A stretch of DNA of 64,000 nt from Alistipes sp. Its GTDB lineage: Bacteria; Bacteroidota; Bacteroidia; Bacteroidales; Rikenellaceae. Position 1 is the stretch's first letter. Each line of letters opens with the position of its first letter. The stretch is taken from contig JAGBXX010000006.1 in assembly GCA_017629035.1 (NCBI GenBank), forward strand, positions 22,227-86,226, given 5' to 3'. Both the position numbers and the translations under genes were made by a program. Positions 43,929 to 53,131 of this stretch are shown here, one piece after another. The notes below the pieces were generated by a model. It ran no database searches, was not told the origin of the DNA, and saw only the letters and a list, made by a program, of their open reading frames with translations.

Positions 43929-44806
43929 ACCTTCTTCACAGCTTCAAGTGCGGCATCGGCCAAATATGACGAACGCACCAATGGTGCACTCGCACAATAG
44001 CTGAAACCCATCTCAAGAGCTCTGAGTCGGTACTCTTCGAACTTGGCAGGAGTGATGTAATCCTTGACGGGATAGTGCTCCTTGGTAGGTCGAAGATATT
44101 GGCCGAGGGTAACAATGCTCACGCCTACATCACGCAGGTCGCGCAAAGTTTGAAGTATCTCCTCCTCGCTCTCGCCCAATCCGACCATCAGACCGCTCTT
44201 GGCAACCGCACCACTATCGGCAATATGCTTCAAGGTAGCGAGTGACGTGCGATACTTTGCACGTGAACGCACCTCGGGTGTTAGTCGCTCGACGGTTTCG
44301 ATGTTGTGTCCCACAATGTCGGGACCAGATGCCAACACCACATCGAGAAGCTCGGGGCGGGCATCCATATCGGAAATAAGGAGCTCTATTGTTGCATCAG
44401 GATTCTCACGACGAATGGCCTCGACAGTGCGTGCCCAGATTGCAGCACCATGATCCTCGAGGTCGTCACGAGTAACAGATGTGACAACGACATGCTTTAG
44501 GCCCATGAGTCTTACGCTCTCGGCAACCTTCTGTGGCTCATCCTCGTCGGGAGGGAGCGGACGTCCGGTTGTAGTGGCGCAGAAACGGCAGTTACGAGTA
44601 CAGATATCGCCCAAGATCATGAATGTTGCAGTGCGACGACTCCAACACTCCGCCTTGTTAGGACACATTCCGCTACTACAGATAGTATGCAGACAACGTC
44701 CCTCGACGATTTGCTCCACCTCGGCTGTATTAGCTGTGCTTCGCAGGCTAATCTTCAGCCAATCAGGCTTGCGCAGATGCTCGTAATGTTCACGTACCTT
44801 CGGCAT
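43916..44806 (-). CDS. lipA: Lipoyl synthase
   Basis: CSSGMCPNKAEC, CTRNCRFC, RSSY. Start ATG 44806; -7 box TACTTTTG at 44835-44842. Confidence 0.97.
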   Translation of the reverse strand: MPKVREHYEHLRKPDWLKISLRSTANTAEVEQIVEGRCLHTICSSGMCPNKAECWSRRTATFMILGDICTRNCRFCATTTGRPLPPDEDEPQKVAESVRLMGLKHVVVTSVTRDDLEDHGAAIWARTVEAIRRENPDATIELLISDMDARPELLDVVLASGPDIVGHNIETVERLTPEVRSRAKYRTSLATLKHIADSGAVAKSGLMVGLGESEEEILQTLRDLRDVGVSIVTLGQYLRPTKEHYPVKDYITPAKFEEYRLRALEMGFSYCASAPLVRSSYLADAALEAVKKVCKK

Positions 44807-45278
44807 TTTTAAGTTCACTTTTTTCCAATTGATGCAAAAGTACAAATTTTTTCAATAAATACAAAACTTTCGTACGAAATTTTACAATATTAGCACCTCA
44901 CGCCACACTTCTTTGATTAAAGCCCCATGCGCCGCACCTTCCGAAGCCACTTTTTCGATCTCAAAATTGGGCCGATTTTCGAGGTTGAAGGATAGACCTC
45001 GAAAGGCACGATTTAGACTTCGGAGGCAAAAAAAATGTCGAGGCGCAAATATTTTTCACTTTTTCTGCACTCGACATAACTTTTTCTATATTTTTTGCTT
45101 TTTCGGCAATATTGCGTCACCATACCACTCTGGTTAGTAGCCAATTACACAACTACACACAGGCCAACCACCGCACTGGACTATGTGTGATATATTCAAA
45201 AAATAGATAGATTAATAAAATTTTGACTGTTATTTTGCTAACTATAACCAAAACTTATATTGTGATAAATATTTTTGA

Positions 45279-45310
45279 TTTGCAACATTGATTTTTTCGC
45301 CATATATTTG
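45279..45310 (+). promoter_or_regulatory. Canonical Bacteroidota promoter TTTG-N20-TATATTTG with no downstream CDS
   Basis: Both -33 and -7 elements at standard spacing. Confidence 0.7.
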
Positions 45311-45312
45311 CA

Positions 45313-45501
45313 CCAGAAACAAAGAAATAAGACTAAAAACCGAATATCGGTTAATAAGAATAATAGGTTGATGAGTTCAAAACGAAAACTTTAAGTGAAC
45401 TAAAGAATTGATGTAAGATTGGTGTAAAAAATTAGTAGTGTAAAGTTAAGATTGTTTGTGTCCGTGAGCTGTCCCATCGCAAGTGGGGCAGTTCCATTTT
45501 T
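45313..45501 (+). ncRNA. Candidate AU-rich small RNA (about 190 nt)
   Basis: Canonical promoter, AU-rich body with repeated TGTAA/TAAGA words, terminal hairpin gagctgtcccat-cgcaa-gtggggcagttc plus T-run. Confidence 0.6.
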
Positions 45502-45524
45502 GCGCCATACAAGACCATACCAGC

Positions 45525-45594
45525 AAAAAAGCCGTCATTGGGTAGTGTCCCATTGACGGCATTTTATATTAGAGCCACAATCAGCCCCTTATCA
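45525..45594 (-). repeat. Structured 3'-UTR element plus terminator, copy 2 (after rlmH)
   Basis: Homologous to 33245-33328; gccgtcaatggg/cccaatgacggc stem followed by U6 on the minus strand. Confidence 0.75.
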
Positions 45595-45601
45595 GAATAT
45601 A

Positions 45602-46075
45602 TCACTCGTGGTGATAGGGTTCGTTCTTCAAGATTGTAAAGGCCCTATACAACTGCTCGGTGAATATAGCACGCACGATCTGGTGCGAGAATGTCATCTT
45701 CGAAAGAGATAGCTTGCTATTAGCACGCTGATAGACCGCATCCGAGAAGCCATAGGGGCCGCCGATGACAAAGACAAGACGCTTGACACCCGACGACATA
45801 CGCTTCTGTATCAAGTCGGCAAACTCGAGTGAGCGGAGCTCGAGACCATGCTCATCAAGGAGCACAAGGTGGTCCGAGTCACCCACAAGGCGGAGGATAG
45901 CCTCGCCCTCAAGGCGCTTCTGCTCCGACTCCGACAGCTTCTTGGTGTTACGCACATCGGCAAGCGTGGTTATAGCAAAGCGCACATAGTGGTTCAGGCG
46001 CTTGGTGTACATCGACACAAGTGCCTCAACCTCCTTCATATCGGTCTTACCGACAACGACAAGCTCAATATTCAT
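45602..46075 (-). CDS. rlmH: 23S rRNA m3Psi1915 methyltransferase
   Basis: FVIGGPYG, LSLSKMTFSHQ, EQLYRA, PYHH. Confidence 0.96.
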   Translation of the reverse strand: MNIELVVVGKTDMKEVEALVSMYTKRLNHYVRFAITTLADVRNTKKLSESEQKRLEGEAILRLVGDSDHLVLLDEHGLELRSLEFADLIQKRMSSGVKRLVFVIGGPYGFSDAVYQRANSKLSLSKMTFSHQIVRAIFTEQLYRAFTILKNEPYHHE

Positions 46076-46081
46076 AATCGA

Positions 46082-47410
46082 CTATAGATCGCTATTCCAC
46101 TCACCATCGGCACCCTCAAAAATTATGGGTCGAGTATCGCCATAAGACTTGAGCAGCTCGTAGGCCTTATACATATTATATCCATTGCCCGAATCGGCGC
46201 TGCCGAGCGAGAAGGCGATGATGCAGACATGGTTCTGCGCCCTGCGATACATGGCATCGACACGGCTCAAGTACTCCTCAACAAGCAGAGGGTCGTTCGA
46301 GGGTGTGCCATTGACATCACGGTTATCGCCTGCCGAGGGCGACGAGATAGCGGCACAATCTATGACATAGATGCCCACTCTGTCGCACAACGAGTAGAAC
46401 CACTTAGGCTGTGGATACTGAGGACATAAGCAGTTGACGCCCTTAGACTTAAGCGCCTTAATCTGGCTCTCCGTAGTCTTGACATCTACGGCTGCGTTGT
46501 AGACCTCCTTCTTAAGCACGAGAGGTTTGTCGTAGAGCAGTATCTCACCCTTGTCGTTATAGCTATACTTGACAATACCCACCTTCATAGGTATATACTC
46601 TCGCAACACGCCACCACGCTTAACATAGAGCATAGCGGTATAGAGCTTTGGGTTGCCTGCCGACCAGCGGAACTGATTCGAGTTGTAGCTATATGGCTGG
46701 AAGGTCACAGTATCACGTGACTCAGCGAGGAAGGTATACTTATTTACCGAATAATCAACAAGTTTACCTGTAGGATCGTAGAGATCGTAACCCAGTTCAA
46801 GAACCTCATCGGTGGTAAAGGTGTTATCCACAACAGCATCGAGCTTGAGGCGGGCATAGGTATTCTTCATGTCGGGGATGAGTCGCACGTTATAGTCGAA
46901 GACACCCACACGGCGCTGACCAAAGATGTAGCAGTTCTCGAACTTCTTGCGTGAAGGCTGCGTAAGCCCCTCGGCAATACGCTCCATATAAGGCTCGTCG
47001 ACAACTACCACGGCAAGGGTATTAGGACCCTGCTCGAGATAGGGCGAGAGGAGTATCTCCACGGGGGTGAAACGGTCGATAGGTGCTGTTATCTGCTCGC
47101 CATTGACAAATATAGAGTAGTCGGCACCGACATTCTCCATGTGCAGATAGATGCTAAAGTCGCCCCACGCAGCGGGCACATCGACCTCCTGCTCGTAGAC
47201 AGCACGCACCGTACCCTCGGCCTCGAATTGCAGCTCGGGGCAGAAGCTCACGTATTTGTCAATATTGTCACGAACATCGTTCAGAGCATCCTCACGCTTG
47301 TCATAGCAGATAAACTCTGAGCGAGCCACTCGAGCCTGTGCCGAGAGCTCCTCGACCAGAAAAAGTGCAACAAAAAGCGTTGCAATGGTATAGAGAATAA
47401 ATCTTTTCAT
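46082..47410 (-). CDS. Truncated GH2-like secreted protein lacking catalytic residues
   Basis: Sugar-binding/Ig/partial TIM order; WSAGNPKLY, YPQP..FYSLCDRVGIYVID, NHVCIIAFSLGSA; ends mid-barrel. Confidence 0.75.
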   Translation of the reverse strand: MKRFILYTIATLFVALFLVEELSAQARVARSEFICYDKREDALNDVRDNIDKYVSFCPELQFEAEGTVRAVYEQEVDVPAAWGDFSIYLHMENVGADYSIFVNGEQITAPIDRFTPVEILLSPYLEQGPNTLAVVVVDEPYMERIAEGLTQPSRKKFENCYIFGQRRVGVFDYNVRLIPDMKNTYARLKLDAVVDNTFTTDEVLELGYDLYDPTGKLVDYSVNKYTFLAESRDTVTFQPYSYNSNQFRWSAGNPKLYTAMLYVKRGGVLREYIPMKVGIVKYSYNDKGEILLYDKPLVLKKEVYNAAVDVKTTESQIKALKSKGVNCLCPQYPQPKWFYSLCDRVGIYVIDCAAISSPSAGDNRDVNGTPSNDPLLVEEYLSRVDAMYRRAQNHVCIIAFSLGSADSGNGYNMYKAYELLKSYGDTRPIIFEGADGEWNSDL

Positions 47411-47425
47411 AGAATCAATTTACCA

Positions 47426-47482
47426 CAAAGGTACAAAAAAGCAGATAATATGCAATCGTTTACATTTTTTTTAGTAATTTTG
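47426..47482. promoter_or_regulatory. Divergent -7 boxes (TACCTTTG minus 47426-47433; TAATTTTG plus 47475-47482)
   Basis: Exact TAnnTTTG matches. Confidence 0.65.
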
Positions 47483-47546
47483 CACGATTATACTGCGTTA
47501 ATAACGCAACTAAGCAAAGAATTGATATACAAAAATTAGATAGACT

Positions 47547-48935
47547 ATGAAACTTACACGTATTGCCGAGATCCTCAAGATGGAGGGCGACGGCAGAGAT
47601 ATCACCGTTAAGGGTTGGGTGCGCACCAAGCGTGGCAACAAGAATGTTGCCTTCATCGCCCTCAACGACGGCTCGTGCGTAGCGAACATTCAGGTCGTGG
47701 TAGACTTCTCGAAGATCGACGAGGCAGAGCTTAAGACTGTAACCACAGGTGCCTGCTTGCGTGTTGATGGTACTCTCGTAGCATCACTCGGCGCTGGTCA
47801 GGGTGTCGAGGTACAGGCGTCAAAGATTAAGGTTTACGGCACTGCAGATCCTGAGACATACCCACTCCAGAAGAAGGGTCACACTCTCGAGTTCTTGCGT
47901 GACATCGCCTACTTGCGTCCACGTACTAACACCTTTGGTGCTGTGTTGCGTATCCGCCACGCCATGGCCTACGCTATCCACAAGTACTTCAACGACAAGG
48001 GCTTCTACTACTTGCACACTCCACTCATCACAGCTTCGGACTGCGAGGGTGCTGGTGCAATGTTCAACGTGTCGACTCTCGACATGAACAACCCTCCACG
48101 CACTGAGGAGGGCGCAGTAGACTACTCTCAGGACTTCTTCGGCAAGCCATGTAGCCTCACAGTATCTGGTCAGCTCGAGGGTGAGCTCGGCGCTTTGGCA
48201 CTCGGCCAGATCTACACCTTTGGCCCTACATTCCGTGCTGAGAACTCAAACACTCCACGCCACTTGGCAGAGTTCTGGATGATCGAGCCTGAGATGGCAT
48301 TCTACGAGTTGCAGGACGATATGGACCTCGCTGAGGACTTCCTCAAGTACCTTATCCGCTACGCTTTGGAGAACTGCCGTGAGGACCTCGAGTTCATGAA
48401 CAAGATGTGGGACAAGGGTCTTTTGGAGCGTCTGCAGTTTGTCCTTGACAACGACTTCGTACGTTTGAACTATACCGATGGTATCGAGATTTTGAAGGCT
48501 TCGGGCAAGAAGTTCGAGTTCCCATGCGACTGGGGCTGCGACCTTCAGTCTGAGCACGAGCGCTACTTGGTTGAGGAGCACTTCAAGCGTCCAGTCATCC
48601 TTATCAACTATCCAAAGGAGATCAAGGCATTCTACATGAAGCAGAACGAGGATGGCAAGACTGTACGTGCTATGGACGTTTTGTTCCCACAGATTGGCGA
48701 AATTATCGGTGGTTCGGAGCGTGAGGCCGACTTTGGCAAGCTTTGTGCAAGAGTTGATGAGTTGGGCATGAGCCGCAAGGAGTTGTGGTGGTACCTCGAC
48801 ACACGTCGTTGGGGTTCAGCACCTCACTCAGGTTTCGGCCTTGGCTTTGAGCGTCTTTTGCTCTTCGTGACAGGTATGGGTAACATCCGTGATGTGATTC
48901 CATTCCCACGTACTCCAAAGAACGCTGAGTTCTAA
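47547..48935 (+). CDS. asnS: Asparagine--tRNA ligase
   Basis: [44 protein letters not shown]. Confidence 0.98.
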   Translation: MKLTRIAEILKMEGDGRDITVKGWVRTKRGNKNVAFIALNDGSCVANIQVVVDFSKIDEAELKTVTTGACLRVDGTLVASLGAGQGVEVQASKIKVYGTADPETYPLQKKGHTLEFLRDIAYLRPRTNTFGAVLRIRHAMAYAIHKYFNDKGFYYLHTPLITASDCEGAGAMFNVSTLDMNNPPRTEEGAVDYSQDFFGKPCSLTVSGQLEGELGALALGQIYTFGPTFRAENSNTPRHLAEFWMIEPEMAFYELQDDMDLAEDFLKYLIRYALENCREDLEFMNKMWDKGLLERLQFVLDNDFVRLNYTDGIEILKASGKKFEFPCDWGCDLQSEHERYLVEEHFKRPVILINYPKEIKAFYMKQNEDGKTVRAMDVLFPQIGEIIGGSEREADFGKLCARVDELGMSRKELWWYLDTRRWGSAPHSGFGLGFERLLLFVTGMGNIRDVIPFPRTPKNAEF

Positions 48936-48950
48936 GCCTGCTCACACACC

Positions 48951-49024
48951 AAACAAGAAGAAGCCGTCTAACAGAGCCTTGGGGATAAGTGCCCTGGAGG
49001 CTATGTTATACGACTTCTTTGTTT
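48951..49024 (+). terminator. Long imperfect hairpin after asnS
   Basis: aagaagccgtctaacagagcct...aggctatgttatacgacttctt followed by tgttt. Confidence 0.55.
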
Positions 49025-49056
49025 AGGGCAGAGTATATTATAAATAACTATATAGT

Positions 49057-50484
49057 ATGGCAAACCGACTTCAACAGACTATCTCGCTGCAGACCAAAAT
49101 CTCGCCGCAACAGATCCAGATGATCAAGCTTCTGGAGCTGCCCACCATGCAGCTCGAGGAGCGTATCAAGCGTGAAATCGAGGAGAATATCGTGTTGGAG
49201 GAGGATGTAGAGAGCAAGGAGCAAGAGAGCGACGAGCCTACAAAGATATCGGTCGAGGAGTATATCGGCCGTGAGGACGACACCCCATCGTACAAGGCCC
49301 GCATAAACAACTTCTCCAAGGACGACAAACAGCGCCCCGTATATATCTCCGAGGGACGCTCACTCGGCGAGTCGCTTATCGAGCAGCTGCGTTTCCGCTC
49401 GCTTACTGAGCAGGAGATGATTGTTGCGGCATATATCGTCGGCAGCATCGACGACGATGGATACCTACGCCGTGACCTCGCCTCGCTATCCGACGACCTG
49501 GCATTTACTCGTGGCCTGGATATCAGCATCGAGGAGCTGGAGCGAATACTCGCCATAGTCCACGAGCTCGAGCCCGCAGGCATCGGAGCACGTTCGCTGC
49601 AGGAGTGTCTGCTGTTGCAGATGCGTGGCCAGACGCTCGATAGCAGCACCCGAAATCTCGCACACCGAATTGTATCTCAGCACTTTGAGGCCTTTGCTAA
49701 GAAGCACTATGAGCGTCTTATTGCCCGCCTTGGCGTGAGCGAAGAGGAGTTCCGCGATGCTATAGAGTATATACGTAGTCTATCGCCAAAACCTGGCAAC
49801 CTATATGCCGAGGGAGGTATCGACACCTCACCATACATCACCCCCGACTTCCTCCTGGACAACAACGACGGCGAGCTACGCCTTTCGCTCAACTCGCAGG
49901 GCATTCCCGAGGTGCGCATATCTCGCCGCTACCGTGACATGATCAAGGATATGGTTGCGCCCGACGGCACAATAAAGGCTGAGGATAAGGAGGCTGTGCA
50001 GTTCGTAAAGTCGAAGATTGACTCGGCAAAGTGGTTTATCTCGGCAATCAAGCAGCGCCACGACACTCTCATGCGCACGATGCAGACGATACTCGACTTC
50101 CAGAGGGAGTACTTCCAGGATGGCGACAAGAGCAAGCTTAAGCCTATGATCTTGCGTGACATAGCCGACCGCACAGAGCTCGACGTGTCGACAATATCAC
50201 GTGTGGTGAATAGCAAGTATATTCAGACTCCTTTTGGCGTGATACTACTCAAGTCACTATTCTCCGAAGCTATGCACACATCCTCGGGCGAGGAGGTATC
50301 GAGCCACGAGATCAAGACCATACTTCAGGAGTGTATCGACAACGAGGATAAACGCCACCCACTCACAGACGAGAATCTCATGGATATTCTCAACGAGCGT
50401 GGCTACCGCATAGCACGACGCACCGTGGCCAAATACCGAGAGATGCTCGACATCCCCGTGGCACGAATGCGAAAGCAGATATAA
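49057..50484 (+). CDS. rpoN: RNA polymerase sigma-54 factor
   Basis: Q/L-rich region I, PAGIGARSLQECLLLQ, STISR, ARRTVAKYRE RpoN box. Confidence 0.97.
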   Translation: MANRLQQTISLQTKISPQQIQMIKLLELPTMQLEERIKREIEENIVLEEDVESKEQESDEPTKISVEEYIGREDDTPSYKARINNFSKDDKQRPVYISEGRSLGESLIEQLRFRSLTEQEMIVAAYIVGSIDDDGYLRRDLASLSDDLAFTRGLDISIEELERILAIVHELEPAGIGARSLQECLLLQMRGQTLDSSTRNLAHRIVSQHFEAFAKKHYERLIARLGVSEEEFRDAIEYIRSLSPKPGNLYAEGGIDTSPYITPDFLLDNNDGELRLSLNSQGIPEVRISRRYRDMIKDMVAPDGTIKAEDKEAVQFVKSKIDSAKWFISAIKQRHDTLMRTMQTILDFQREYFQDGDKSKLKPMILRDIADRTELDVSTISRVVNSKYIQTPFGVILLKSLFSEAMHTSSGEEVSSHEIKTILQECIDNEDKRHPLTDENLMDILNERGYRIARRTVAKYREMLDIPVARMRKQI

Positions 50485-50485
50485 C

Positions 50486-50517
50486 AAATTAGGCTGACCC
50501 TCAAGTCAGCCTAATTT
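50486..50517. terminator. Bidirectional terminator
   Basis: aaattaggctgac-cctcaa-gtcagcctaattt. Confidence 0.85.
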
Positions 50518-51788
50518 TATTTTCCAAGTCGCTCTTTTATAATACTTTGGAAGAATTGTTCCTTGCTCTCTAACCAGCGAGGATCCGTTCCCATGTTGTG
50601 TCCCTTCTCGGCCGAGACTATCCAGCGCTTGGGTGCTCGGATTGAGTTGTAGCCGGCAAAATTAATATGTGGCGGACATATAATATCCTGAAGACCAAAG
50701 CCCATAAGCACAGGACACTCTATTCGCTCAGCAAGGTTCTTAAGGTCGAAGTAGCTCAACATCTTATACATTGCCTCGTGGCTAAGCTTCGTGCGTCGAG
50801 CCTCAGCCAGAAAGGCCGAAGCGGGCCAATCGACAATCTCGAAGTAGTCACGATAGTCCGACAAGAATGGCACATGGGGCGCAGCACCCGCAACACGACT
50901 ATCGAGCGATGCGGCAGCGAGCGTCAGACCACCACCCTGCGAGCCACCCTGAAGCAGCACACAGCGGCTATCACACTTGGTCTGCGAGAGGACAAAATCT
51001 ATGGCACGAATGGTGTCGAGTATCGCACCACGATAGTAGTAACTATCCTTATTACCAAGCTGATAGCACATCCAATCGCCATAGGTGTTGTATGGCTGAT
51101 TTAGACCCTGACCACGCACCGAGAGGATAAACTCCGCACGATCGCCATAGTAGTTTCCGCTGGGTGCCCACGCATGTGCACCATAGCCCATAAATGTCAC
51201 TATCGTTGGGTACTTTCCTGCGGCCTTAGGCACTGCCCAATAGCCACGCACGGTCTCGCCACCCCACGACTTCATCTCGACTACATAAACATCTCGCAGA
51301 CTACCCGAAAGTTTAGCGTCGAGCGTTAGTTTGTACTCAGGATCCACAGCCGCAAGCTGCTCAAGACCCTCGGCCCAGAACTCCCAGATATCGGGCTCTG
51401 CATCCTTTGGCGAGAGGATATCTTCGGGGCTAATGCCGAAGATAAAGCTCTTGGATAGAGCACCATCGTCGTAGAGCGAAGCACGGTAGAAGCCAGGCTC
51501 GAGATCATCGACAATAAACTGCAGCTGGCAGGGCTCACCAGGGGCAATAGCATAGCTGCGAACAAGGCTTCTAAGCTCCTTGCCCTTATCCGTAGCAATG
51601 CTAAAAACGACACTGCCCGAGGCACCTTGCTCACCCGCAGTGAGCATTACGTTGAAGAATGCCTCGCCAGTATATATCCAGTCGTTAGTACAGACCACTC
51701 GAAGCTCGAAAAGGCCTTTGGCCGAGAGAGTTAACGAGCTTAAGAGCAGGGCTACGATGAGCGTGATATGTGACCTAAAGCGCTGCAT
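50517..51788 (-). CDS. CE7 acetyl esterase (acetylxylan esterase family) with N-terminal extension
   Basis: VRGQ, GGSQGG, PFLSD, YFD..N, D.ICPP, C-terminal GH; signal peptide. Confidence 0.88.
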   Translation of the reverse strand: MQRFRSHITLIVALLLSSLTLSAKGLFELRVVCTNDWIYTGEAFFNVMLTAGEQGASGSVVFSIATDKGKELRSLVRSYAIAPGEPCQLQFIVDDLEPGFYRASLYDDGALSKSFIFGISPEDILSPKDAEPDIWEFWAEGLEQLAAVDPEYKLTLDAKLSGSLRDVYVVEMKSWGGETVRGYWAVPKAAGKYPTIVTFMGYGAHAWAPSGNYYGDRAEFILSVRGQGLNQPYNTYGDWMCYQLGNKDSYYYRGAILDTIRAIDFVLSQTKCDSRCVLLQGGSQGGGLTLAAASLDSRVAGAAPHVPFLSDYRDYFEIVDWPASAFLAEARRTKLSHEAMYKMLSYFDLKNLAERIECPVLMGFGLQDIICPPHINFAGYNSIRAPKRWIVSAEKGHNMGTDPRWLESKEQFFQSIIKERLGK

Positions 51789-51802
51789 AGCTTATCGATT
51801 AG

Positions 51803-53131
51803 TTACTCCTTAATATTACCCAACTGGCGGTTTGTGTTGCGGATGATTGTCATCGTAGATTCATCCTCAACAAAGATTGAGTTTAGTCCCTGCTGCTCCT
51901 GCGCTGGGTCGCCAGTGTAGTCGTCGCCCTTAGCCCAGTACTCGTGGTCCTCGACATGGGTCTCGGCATAGCCACCCCAGCTCCAGAAGTTACAACCAGC
52001 AAATACATCGTTTGCCTGACGTGCCTTGACGATAAGATCGAAGACAAATGTATAGTACATATCACGGCAAGTTACGGGGCTACCCTTGTGGAAGTCCATG
52101 TTGTCACGAGGCATACCAAACTCCTCAACCACAACAGGTTTTGCAATCTTGCGACCAAGCTCAAGGTGCATATTGATATACTCCTCGGTATTCTCGCACG
52201 ACTTCTGCAAATCCTCGCGCATAGCATCGCCACGCATCCACTTCCAGTTGTATGGCCACACGTGACAGTTGACATACGAGATCTCCTCGAGGGCGTGAAT
52301 CTTCTCGCAGAGATCCATATCCCACTCGCAACCATAGAAGCCCTCAGAGCCAGTCGAGATCATGTGGTTAGGATCAATCGAGCGGATGATCTTTGCCGAC
52401 TCGGCAATCCACTCAGCAAAAGCCTCCTGATTTTCGCCCTCACGTGTTGCGCTAAAGGCACGTGGCTCGTTGCAAATCTGCCATGAGAAGATAGCAGGAT
52501 CATCGATATACTTAACACCAGTGTAGCGATTAGTGCGGCTGATGATGTAGCGCAAGTGGTCATAAAAGATCTGCTTAGCACGCTCGTTGCGTACGAACTC
52601 ACCTGCAAACTCATTGTACGAGAACCAGCCATCGACACGTGGCACAAGGACTGGAGTCTCGTTGGCCCACGCTACATACTGCGTGAAACCGCCGCTCCAC
52701 TCCCAGGCATTATTAAAGTATAGTACAGCAGTCATATCTCGCTTGCCAAGCTCCATGAGCAGGAAGTCGAGGCCCGCCAAAACATCGTCGTTGTACTGGC
52801 CAGGCGCAGGCTGAAGGTTAGGCTCAATCTTTCCGAGCAGGCCATTCTCACCCTCACCACCTACCAACACACGGAGATTATCGATACCGTTGGCCTTCAT
52901 AAAGTCGAGCTCCTTGCACAAGCGCTCACGGTTACCACCCTCACCCTCAGAGCCAAGAATTGCTCCATACCAGAAGTTGGTGCCCACGAAGTAGTATGGC
53001 TGGCCATTGCGCATGAACTGGCCATTCTCTACGGTGATAATGCTGCTCTCATTACACTCTGAGCCGCAAGATGTTAGGCCCAGTGCGAGGCTCAACGAAA
53101 GCACAACACTCAAAAGTCTAAAAATTCTCAT
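51803..53131 (-). CDS. GH5 beta-mannanase/mannosidase, lipoprotein
   Basis: GTNFWYG, NAWEWSGG, WQICNEPR, HVWPYNW, VEEFG, NFWSWGG, GDPAQE; lipobox LTSC. Confidence 0.88.
   Translation of the reverse strand: MRIFRLLSVVLSLSLALGLTSCGSECNESSIITVENGQFMRNGQPYYFVGTNFWYGAILGSEGEGGNRERLCKELDFMKANGIDNLRVLVGGEGENGLLGKIEPNLQPAPGQYNDDVLAGLDFLLMELGKRDMTAVLYFNNAWEWSGGFTQYVAWANETPVLVPRVDGWFSYNEFAGEFVRNERAKQIFYDHLRYIISRTNRYTGVKYIDDPAIFSWQICNEPRAFSATREGENQEAFAEWIAESAKIIRSIDPNHMISTGSEGFYGCEWDMDLCEKIHALEEISYVNCHVWPYNWKWMRGDAMREDLQKSCENTEEYINMHLELGRKIAKPVVVEEFGMPRDNMDFHKGSPVTCRDMYYTFVFDLIVKARQANDVFAGCNFWSWGGYAETHVEDHEYWAKGDDYTGDPAQEQQGLNSIFVEDESTMTIIRNTNRQLGNIKE

Noticed and set aside
44913-45137. 74-aa intergenic ORF
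   Set aside because: TTG start, runs through homopolymer tracts, atypical codons and no recognisable motif.
33329-45546. 12-kb island bounded by direct repeats at the rlmH 3' end
   Set aside because: The content is core genes with no integrase; the repeats lie outside the rlmH CDS and covary like RNA structure rather than att sites.
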